Shown piece by piece: positions 36,715 through 46,750 of a stretch of 64,000 nucleotides of DNA. The notes beneath the pieces are model-generated. The model did no database searches and was not told where the DNA came from. It worked only from the letters and a program-made list of their open reading frames with translations. Source of the stretch: Mobula hypostoma (Eukaryota); the NCBI RefSeq assembly GCF_963921235.1, contig NC_086102.1, forward strand, positions 141,918,001 to 141,982,000. The letters run 5' to 3'. Within the stretch, counting starts at the first letter, position 1; every line of letters starts with the position of its first letter. The translations under genes and the position numbers were made by a program.

Positions 36715-39700
36715 AATTGTAAAATGCCCACAATTGTTGAAGTAGTCACTGTGATATTACATAATTATTGATATAAAATTTACTTACTTTCATTCGTAAC
36801 TATTAAAACATATCAACAATTTTCTAAAAATCCTGAAAACGTGTCCAAATTATTGACAGAAGGTAAAACAAGTCTCTTACTTAAAGGAGCAAGCTAAAAT
36901 GACCCTCAAAATGTTGTCCTAGCACTTGTTTACAAACTATATATAAAATTGTAACATTTAACATCTTGTAATTAATTGATACTCACATAAATAATCACAC
37001 AAGTATACCTACAGAAGAGCAGAAAGGATGCTGTAAGTGTATGAAAGGATGTAAATAACATCTGATAATAAATCCTGTAATTCTACTCAAGCACAGAGGA
37101 AAAGCAGAAGTCTTTCATGTTGTTATATTTGATTCTGTCCCACACTCATGGTTAATAGAAGTTTTAATATATATAAACTACACCCGATACTTCTGAAATT
37201 CCTGCAACATCTGATGAAGCTTTGGTGTGCTATAATCACCCTATCTATTTACAACCGAAAAAGAACCGTTTTTATCAAAATAAATGGAGACATCTTTCAG
37301 GGCATTTTTCTAAGCCGTTTATGGTTTTATCTAGGTTTAAACGGGCTCTCTAATTTACTGAATTGGATGAAAATAGGGTAGCAAATCAGGAAAAAACAAG
37401 TTATGCTTTAACACAGCTCTAGTACATGGATGATTTGTTGAAATTATACGCTCCATCATTAGTAAAGCTAAAGAAATTAAGTCAAATAGTAGAACTATTT
37501 TCAAAAGATATAAAGAAGAACTTTGGACTGGATAAATGCAGAACATTAATCATAAAGAAAGGTGCAAACAGAGCTGGCAGAATGGAAAACAGAGCAACAG
37601 GATACAGTACAACCGTTGGATGACTTTGAAACATCTAAGTATTACAGTGTGTTAAAGGGAAACCTTCCGAAAGAATTTACTTCATGGCTGAAGAACCTCT
37701 GCTAAGCAGAGCTCAACAGTAAAAAATACAACAAAGGCAATAAACACTTTTACTATGTCAATTTTAACATATTCTTTTGGCATAATATCTTGATCCAAAA
37801 CCCATTTGGAAAAATTACAAAGAAAAATAGGCACTGAAATGACAAATTTTGGAAAACACTGTGTACACTCAAACACACTTGTGGGACAGAATGAGGAAGA
37901 GGAATAACAGACATAAAACAGTCACAACAGTCAAATAAAACTTCGGAGGATATACTTTCATCAACAGAAACAGGATGCAGCACTCCACGTGAGCACATGC
38001 AATTCTGTTAAAAGATGTGTACCACTAAAATTAAGTGAAAGCACAACCCAGATAGAGGAAAAATTATCACTACAGAAGAAAATGTTAACCAGTGAAAAAA
38101 TATGGCCCTCCATGGAAGAAACCATAGAAACCATACCATAGAAACTACAGCACAGAAACAGGCCTTTTGGCCCTTCTTGGCTGTGCCGAACCATTTTCTG
38201 TCTAGTCCCACTGACCTGCACACGGACCATATCCCTCCATACACCTCCCATCCATGTATCTGTCCAATTTATTCTTAAATGTTAAAAGAGAACCCGCATT
38301 TACCACCTCGTCTGGCAGCTCATTCCGTACTCCCACCACTCTGTGTGAAGTAGCCCCCCCAATGTTCCTTTTAAAATTTTTCCCCCTCACCCTTAACCCA
38401 TGTCCTCTGGTTTTTTTCTCCCCTTGCCTCAGTGGAAAAAGCCTGCTTGCATTCACTCTATCTATACCCATCATAATTTTATATACCTCTATCAAATCTC
38501 TCCTCATTCTTCTACGCTCCAGTGAATAATGTCCCAACCTATTCAACCTTTCTCTGTAACTGAGTTTCTCAAGTCCCGGCAACATCCTTCTAAACCTTCT
38601 CTGCACTCTTTCAACCTTATTTATATCCTTCCTGTAATTTGGTGACCAAAACTGAACACAATACTCCAGATTCGGCCTCACCAATGCCTTATACAACCTC
38701 ATCATAACATCCCAGCTCTTATACTCAATACTTTGATTAATAAAGGCCAATGTACCAAAAGCTCTCTTTACGACCCTATCTACTTGTGACACCACTTTTA
38801 GGGAATTTTGTATCTGTATTCCCAGATCCCTCTGTTCCACTGCACTCCTCAGTGCCTTACCATTAACCCTGTATGTTCTACCTTGGTTTGTCCTTCCAAC
38901 GTGCAATACCTCACACTTGTCAGTATTAAACTCCATCTGCCATTTTTTAGCCCATTTTTCCAGCTGGTCCAAGTCCCTCTGCGGGCTCTGAAAACCTTCC
39001 TCACTGTCTACTACACCTCCAATCTTTGTATCATCAGCAAACTTGCTGATCCAATTTACCACTTTATCATCCAGATCATTGATATAGATGACAAATAACA
39101 ATGGGCCCAGCACTGATCTCTGTGGCACACCACTAGTCACAGGCCTCCACTCAGAGAAGCAATTCTCTACCACCACTCTCTGGCTTCTTCCATTGAGCCA
39201 ATGTCTAATCCAATTTACCACCTCTCCATGTATACCTAGCGATTGAATTTTCCTAACTAACCTCCCATGCGGGACCTTGTCAAAGGCCTTACTGAAGTCC
39301 ATGTAGACAATATCCACTGCCTTCCCTTCATCCACTTTCCTGGTAACCTCCTCGAAAAACTCCAATAGATTGGTCAAACATGACCTACCACGCACAAAGC
39401 CATGTTGACTCTCCTTAATAAGCCCCAGTCTATCCAAATGCTTGTAGATTCTGTCTCTTAGTACTCCCTCCAATAACATACCTACTACCGATGATAAACT
39501 TACTGGCCTATAATTTCCCAGATTACTTTTCGATCTTTTTTGAAACAACAGAACAACATGAGCCACTCTCCAATCCTCCGGCACCTCACCTGTAGACAGC
39601 GACATTTTAAATATTTCAGCCAGGGCTCTTGCAATTTCAACACTAGTCTCCTTCAAGGTCCGAGGGAACACCCTGTCAGGTCCCAGGGATTTATCCACTT

Positions 39701-40600
39701 TAATTTTCCTCAAGACAGCAAGGACCTCCTCCTTTTCGATCTGTACAGTTTCCATGATCTCACTACTTGTTTCCCTTAATTTCATAGACTTCATGCCAGT
39801 TTCCTTAGTAAACACAGACACAAAAACCCTTTTTAAGATCTCCCCCATTTCCTTTGGTTCCACACATAGCCGACCACTCTGATCTTCAAGAGGACCAATT
39901 TTATCTCTTACAATCCTTTTGCTCTTAATATACCTGTAAAAGCTCTTTGGATTATCCTTCACTTTGACTTCCAAGGCAACTTCATGTCTTCTTTTAGCCC
40001 TCCTGATTTCTTTCTTAAGTATTTTCTTGCACTTCTTATACTCCTGAAGCACCTTATTTACTCCCTGCTTCCTATACACATCATACAACTCCCTCTTCTT
40101 CTTTATCAGAGTTGCAATATCCCTTGAGAACCAAGGTTCCTTATTCCTATTCAACTTGTCTTTAATCCTGACAGGAACATATAAATTCTGCGCTCTCAAA
40201 ATTTCTGCTTTGAAGGCTTCCCACCTACCGATCACATCCATGCCAGAGAACAACCTGTCCCAATCCACGCTTTTCAGATCCTTTCTCATTTCTTCAAATT
40301 CGGCCTTCTTCCAGTTAAGAACCTCAACCCTAGGACCAGATCTATCCTTGTCCATCTGCATGATCTGAGGAGTTCCTTGAGGCATACACACAAGAAATTA
40401 TCAAAATACATAATAAAAGACCAGTAAATCACGACCATTAATGCAGAAAATGCCAAGAGAAAACAGAAACAAACTTAAAAGACACCACACCTTACTACAA
40501 TTACAAGCCTGATCCAGTTTTAGAGCCAGATTTGCACAAACTACGTTATGACAAGATTAAGTCTATCCATCCGTATATAATATTACAGGATAAATACTGA
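36715..40600 (+). mobile_element. R4/Dong-like fossil copy E, split by a young CR1 (pieces ~36715-38119 and ~40356-40600)
   Basis: IFQG..S.LWFYLGLN.LS.LLN, MDDL.KLYA..FGLDKC; flanks catggaaga|catctgcatgatctgag rejoin as in paralogues. Confidence 0.75.
38120..40355 (-). mobile_element. young 5'-truncated CR1 LINE with uninterrupted RT frame (ORF 38202..40391, 729 aa)
   Basis: NYRPVSL, QHGF..GRSCLTNL, YMDFSKAFDKVPH, GVPQRSVLGP, KFADDTK, RPNLEYCVQFWSP; (tttctatgg)n tail; endonuclease domain missing. Confidence 0.95.
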
Positions 40601-40778
40601 GCTATAGTCAATGAACAGCATCCTGACATCAATATTTGTGTTGCCCAGGTGTTCTAAAGCTGAGCAATTGTGATTGCATCTGCCGTAGACCTATAGTGGC
40701 GATTGGCAAATTCCAGTGGGTCCATATCCGTGTTGAGTTGAATCATTCACCTCTCAACACACTTCATCATTGTGGACG

Positions 40779-41451
40779 ACCCAGTGGGACAAGTGATCCC
40801 ATTTGTTAAGGTTGGTAAGCGTGCAGATTGCATCTGCCCAAGATTTCCTTCAGGGCTCCCCTCCACAGGCAAGCAGTGGAACATGAAGGCAGATCTCGGC
40901 AGACAGTTACCGTTCCCCATGGAAATCACCACCACATCTCACCATCTAGACTTATCACTGTGGTCCAGGGCTGCCAAGGCAGTTAGCCGTCCCATGGGAG
41001 GAAGGAGTGAAGGCTGCCCACGAACAGAAAAGGCTGAAATATTCTGACCTGGCAGCTGAATGTAAGGATCTACCCTGTGGAGGTGGGATGTTAGGGCTTC
41101 ATTGGCGTATCGACGACAAGGTTACTTGTAATATGGCAGTGACTGGAATGAGGTTCAGAAGGGCTATCAGAGCATTGGCTGAAGAGCCAGAAAAGGGCAG
41201 CTTTTGGCTGTGGCTGAGCAGGAAGGATGAAACTGGGGGACCGACTAACCCCATTGGAAGCTGCAGGGGGTGAGTAGGGAGACGTCTTTGTCACTGCTCC
41301 GCCACCAAGAGAGGTACCAGGGCTAAGAGAGTGAGACATCAGTGAGTGGTGGTCCCCGGCTGATGACCCTGCAGCTGACCTAAGGGCAAAGTTGGATGTG
41401 GGGCAGGCAGCCATGCCAAGCAGGAAACAACATATTCCTGTAAATCTCATT
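40779..41451 (+). mobile_element. Hero-clade (R2 group, REL endonuclease) retrotransposon 3' fragment
   Basis: WNMKADLGRQLPFPMEITTT..DLSLWS; AAHEQKRLKYSDLAAEC; PVEVGC.GF; AEE.EKGSFWLW; followed by 3' UTR. Confidence 0.7.
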
Positions 41452-44400
41452 GAAACTTCTGGGTATCTAGCGTCTACTATGAAAAGATAGGAAGAGTCCA
41501 GGGAAGACTGGAGGATGTCCAGGAAAGTCTGGATGACTGTAGGAGTGGGCAGTTAGTTACCCAACCCACTAGTTTCTTGTAGTGGAGACACCAATCAAAT
41601 GACTATGAAGCCAAATAAGAGAAGAGAATCCGAAGGCCGTCTGAGAGGCATAATGAAAGATGGGTCGAAAAGGATCGATTACACCACAACAGCCGGAACG
41701 AATATAGACAATGAGATAAGGATCCTTTGGAAGTGCACATGTGGGTGGGCAAATGTGTCGACACATAAAAGGACTACGAATCCATCGGGGGTGAATGAAG
41801 TGCAGCAAGAAAGGCCAACAGCAATCTTGCACTGCTGGACAGATCAGACAAGAGGAACTCAAAATAATGTAGAAAACAACCAGCTGAAGGATCCAACATT
41901 GCTGGAGGTGATTTGTTGGTAGGGGAAAAAGGCCCAATAATGAAGGTAACCCCCTATGTGTAGGCACACAAACAGAACTGACACCCACCCATCTGCGGAG
42001 CCACGCTGCAAAGCTGAGGGAAGAACCCGGGAAGAGTTACAAGATCAATAGGCAAGTGGCAGAGGCTGGACATGGATCTCAGTGTGATCCTAGAGCATGC
42101 GCTACTCAGCGAGTGGAAGATACGCTTAACTCATTTAGAGGCTTCCTCTATGAGGCATGTAAGGCTAGTCTTGGTGAAGTTGACGCGTCAAGCAATTCAC
42201 TGCTCCAAGAGAAAAGGGAAGAAGAGAGAAGGACGTAGAGCAGCCCGTACAAAGGCAGCACCAGCTGCGAAGAACTGGAAGAAAGCAACACAGGAGGAGA
42301 AAGTGGGTTTGAAGCTGTTGTGGAATGGAGCTATCCAGGCTGTGAAGGGCAGAGCACATTTAGAAGGATTAAGAAGGAGAGAGAGAGAGAGAGAGAGTGA
42401 GAGAGAGAAAGAGAGACAGAGTGAGGGAGAGTGTGAGAAAGAGAGAGAGAAAGTGTGAGAGAGAGAGAGTGTGAGTGAGTGAGAGAGAGACAGAGGGAGA
42501 TAGATTCTTCAAGAATCCCTTCAAGTACACCCAACAGCAGATGGAGGATAGAAAGAACAGGAAGCTGAAAGCCACCAAAGAGGAGCTGGTGCAGTACATC
42601 AGGGGCCAGTACAGTGATCCAGCAAGGAAAACCTCCCTTGGATTACTGTCTAGTTTGACCCCTCCACCAAGCTAAGTGAAGTCAGAGAAGTCATCAAAAA
42701 GGTCAGTGTTAGCACCAGGTCTAAATGGAATTCCTTACAGGCACTACATAATCTGCCCTTGTGTGCTGAAGATCATGTGGAACCATATGAGAACCTCTGG
42801 AAAATCAGCGCATCCCATCAGAGGGGCAAAGAACTGTGGTGGTGTTCATCCGCAAAGAGCAGAACTCCAGTTCCAACAACCAGTTCAGGACCATTGCACT
42901 GCTGAACGTCAAGGGAAAAATCTTCTTGGTTGTGGCTAAGAGGATGGCCAGCTACCTCATGGGCAATGGATACATTGACACGAGCTGCCAGAAGGCAGAA
43001 GTTCCAGGCTTCCCAGGATGTGTGGAGCATCCATCATTGAAATGGGACCAGATCCAATGAGCTAAGAGTGAGAAAGTTGACTGACACGTTGAGTGGCTGG
43101 ATTTTGGGAATGCATATGGATCTGTGACTCACCAGCTCATGAACTTTATGATGGAGTTCTTTTACACTTCTGATTATATTAGAGGCATGGTTTACGATTA
43201 CTTCAGTGACCTCCAGATGGGCTTTTCTTAAGATTTTACAACGGAGTTGTAGCATCTCGAAGTAGGCATTGCAATGGGGTGTCCCATCTCTCCCATCTTG
43301 TTTGTGGCAGCCTTCAAGATTGTCCTTATTGGAGCAAGGCAGGTGGTTGGAGGGATAAAGCTACAGTCAGGACAGAGATTTCCATTGAGAAGTGATGTCA
43401 CAAACATTCTTCAGGCAGCTGCATACACAAGAAGACTGCTGAAGAGGTTGGACAAGTATCATGGGCAAGTCACTAAGCCCATCCCTCTGAACAGGTGTCA
43501 AAGGTGACAAAATCACCTTCGTTTAGGGGGCGAGAAAGTCCCATTGTTGGCCAGGAATCCCATCCAAAGCCTTGGGAGGCAGTACACCACAGAGCTCTCT
43601 GATAGGCAGATGGGAAAAGTAGCGCAGAAACAGCTCGTAGAGGGCCTGGTCAGAATTGACCAGAGTCAACTACCCGGAAAGTATAAAGTTCACATTGTAC
43701 CAAAGGGTGATGTGGTCTCCTGAAAACGTGTAATATTCCCTAACTAACTGCCAGTAGGATGGATGGGATAGTCAGTTTGTACATCCAGAAATGGCTGGGG
43801 CTGCCTTGGTGTTTCTCGGACACTGACCTCTTTGGGAAGAACATGTTGCAGCTGCTATTGAGATCCATCAGCCTGGGGTATAAGCAGGAGAAAACGCTAC
43901 TGGTCATTGAGTTGAAGAGTCCACTGACCCACTGGTGAGGAATGCCAATGCCCCAATCCATACTGGCCGTAAATGGAGAGCTCAAGCTGAAGTAGACCAG
44001 GCTATCAGCAGGTTGCAACACCAAGAAATTGTCGGAAGAGTCCAGGCTGGACAAGCAGGACCTGGCTGGGGGAAGGCAGAACATGTGTGGTCCAAGGCCT
44101 TGAAGAAAGAGAGGAAAGCCATGGTAATGGAGGAGGTGATAAGGACAGAGCAGGAGCGTTATGGGGTGAAGGCAGTGGCACAGGGCCGCCAGGAAAGCTA
44201 GACAACATGGGAGGCACCTTCAACAGGTCATTCAGCTGGCCTGTCCTGTGGAAGATCCCACAAGCCAGACTCAGCTTCCTCATCAGGGTAACCTATGTCA
44301 CCTTGCCCTGCTCCTGAAATCTTCACCAGAGGTTCTGCAGTGAGGGTAGCTGCCCTCTGTGTCATACCACTAACGCCAACCTCCAACACATCCTGGCAGG

Positions 44401-44879
44401 ATACAAGTCAGTGCTGTCCCAAGGACACTACCGATGGCAGCACAACCAGGTCCTAAAGAAGCTGGTGGAGATCCTAGAATCCTGCAGGAAGGACGCGAGA
44501 AGCAGCCTTTCCCCAGCGGGCCAACAACTTGTCTGATTTGTTATCATTGGTAAGAGTGTTGAATGCATCTGCCCAAGATCTCGTTCAGGACTCCTCTCTA
44601 CAAGGCAGATCTCGACAGAGAGCTACGGTTTCCCATGGAAATCACCACCAAATCTCTCCGCTCAGATATAGTCCTGTGGTTCACATCTGCCAAGATAGTC
44701 CTCCTCATTGAGTTAGCCATCCCATGGGAGGAAGGAGTGAAGGCTGCCTAAGAGTGGAAGAGGCTGAAGTACTCAGACCAGGTAGCTGAGTGTAAGGAAA
44801 CTGGCTGGAGGACCATCAACTACCCTGTGGAGGTAGGAGGCAGGAATGTCAAGCAGGAAACAACATACTAAATTTCATT
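41452..44879 (+). mobile_element. Hero-clade retrotransposon, near full-length but degraded
   Basis: N-terminal KCTCG; FRTIALLNVKGKIF; QKA..PGFPGCVEH; MGCPISPILF; TGRKWRAQAEV; CPLC..LQHIL..YRW.HNQVL; SDIVLW..IEL.IPWEE; same 3' terminus as the preceding fragment (gcaggaaacaacata..taaat(c/t)tcatt). Confidence 0.75.
42374..42500. repeat. compound (GA)n/(GAGT)n microsatellite within the Hero element
   Basis: gagagagagagagagagtgagagagagaaagagagacagagtgaggg... Confidence 0.9.
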
Positions 44880-45510
44880 AAGTGCAACTGGACGATAGTC
44901 ATTGAGAGGCAGGTTAGCATGTTCTTCTACCAGTATAATTGAAGCCTGCTTGCAGAAGGTTGGTACCTCAGCCTGCTGCAGCGAGAGGTTAAAGATCTCA
45001 ATGAATACTCCAGCCAGTTGATCTTCACAGGTACTCAGCTGGGAACCCCAACTGGTGCTGATGATTTCCATGGGTTCACCCTCCTGACGGATGCTCTCAT
45101 GTTGGCCTCAGAGACTAAAATCACAGGGACATCATGAGTTGTGGGAGTTCGTGATGATTACTCTATGCTTTGATGGTCAACGTGAGCATAGAGGACATTG
45201 AGCTCACTTGAAAGCGAAGTCTTGTTGCCATCACTGTCGCTTGATTTCAGTTTGTAGGAAGTGTTAGCATTCAAGCCCTGCCACAGCTGACGAGCATCCT
45301 TCATTGGTTCAATTTTAGTTCAGAATTGCCACTTTGCTCCTGAGATGTCACTCCAAGATTGTACCCCGACCTCTTGTAACTTTCTCGGTCACCAGACTCG
45401 AATGCCTCCGATCTGGTCCTCAGCAGATCGCAGATCTCATGGTTCAGCCAGGGCTTCTGGTTGGGGAAGACACTTTATGATTTTGTGGGACACATTCGTT
45501 GAGGACTGAT
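44880..45510 (-). mobile_element. Rex1/Babar fossil copy E (other part at ~40600-40778)
   Basis: QLAGVFIEIFNLSLQQAEVP..LNDYRPVAL (44868..45071). Confidence 0.75.
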
Positions 45511-45585
45511 TTTATAAACCATCAGCTTATCAGAGGCAATTACTGATTGATTAGTCTTTCTTACATCAGAAAAATGAATTAAAAG

Positions 45586-45710
45586 GAAGTGTCCTGGCCC
45601 AAAACGTTGACTGTACTCTTTTCCATAGATGCTGTCTGGTTTGCTGAGTTCCCCCAGCATTTTGTGTGTGTTGCTTGGATTTCCAGCATCTGCAGATTTT
45701 CTTGTGTTTT
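45586..45710 (+). repeat. ~125-bp interspersed-repeat fragment resembling a Penelope-like element terminal repeat
   Basis: ggcccaaaacgttgactgtactcttttccatagatgctg..gctgagttcc..agcattttgtgtgtg..ttccagcatctgcag; unique in this window and located at a deletion junction. Family assignment is from recall only. Confidence 0.5.
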
Positions 45711-46750
45711 GTTATCAGGATTCTGCCTGGGTTAGAAGGCATCTGCTATAACGAGAAGTCGGACACACTTGAGTTGTCATCTCTGGAGGTTGAGGAGTGA
45801 ACTGAAAGAGATTTATAAGTTTATGACAAGCAGACATAGAGTATACAGAAAACATCTATTCCCACAGTTAAAATATCTAATACCAAAGAACGTGCATTTA
45901 AGGAGAGAAGGTGTAAGTTCAAAGGGGATGTGTGGGGCAAATTTTTTAAACAGAGAGTGGTGGGTGCTGGAATGCACAGCCCAGGTTGGTATCAGAAGCA
46001 GATACATTAGGGACTGCTAAGAGATGTTTAGATAGGTACATGAATGTCAGGAAAGTGGAAGGATATGGGCACTGTTTAAGCAGAAGTGATTAGTTTAGTT
46101 GGCCATTTACTTTAAATAGCCATCTAAATTTAAATGTACTAATTTATTTGGTTCTACACAGCACTGTGGCAAAAGAGCCTGTTCCTGTGCTCTTATACCC
46201 GATGTTCTAAATATAGAATTTCTTGTATTTTCCTTTAACTCCAATTTGAACCAGCAGCAATGCCAGCTGGAGGCATCATCAAGACAGATAATGTGAAATG
46301 ATCAAATTGCATCTGATTTTATTTCCCATTGAAGTCAATGTCCAGCTTATGAATTAGCATTGAGATGTAGTGAATAATGAGCAAACAATCTACTGAGCAT
46401 CATGACTAAAACTCTATGTTTCCTATTCCAGTACCGAGGTGGAAACAACAGTATGAGGATTTACGAGAGGCCTAACTTTGCAGGACAGATGATGGAATTC
46501 ATGGACGACTGTCCCTCTGTCTACGATTGTTTCTGTTACCGCGACATCCACTCTTGTCAGGTGATGGATGGTTTCTGGATCTTCTATGAACATTCCAACT
46601 ACGGAGGCCGACAGCACTTCTTGAGACCTGGGGATTACAGGAGGTACAGTGACTGGGGCGGCTACAGTTCAGGCACATGAGAGACTTCTAAAAGTTGCTC
46701 TTAAAGATCTGATTTTATCTTGTTCAAATATTTATGGAGGCAATAAAATA
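45711..46750 (+). pseudogene. gamma-crystallin 3' remnant (copy 5): distal intron 2 and exon 3 (46432..46691) with 16-nt frameshifting deletion
   Basis: Acceptor ttccag/TAC at 46432; about 10 non-synonymous changes versus intact copies; deletion of atgatcgggtccttca gives ...GGYSSGT* (stop 46680); AATAAA 46742. No promoter, exon 1 or exon 2 in its own unit. Confidence 0.9.

Noticed and set aside
38202-40391. 729-aa ORF as a host protein-coding gene
   Set aside because: 5'-truncated CR1 ORF2 with microsatellite tail, inserted in an R4 fossil; start codons are fortuitous flank.
42072-42599. Arg/Glu- and Ser/Leu-rich ORFs
   Set aside because: Translations of the (GA)n microsatellite.
45586-45615. 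Functional hammerhead ribozyme
   Set aside because: CUGAUGA core is absent and GAAA is mutated; at most a remnant.
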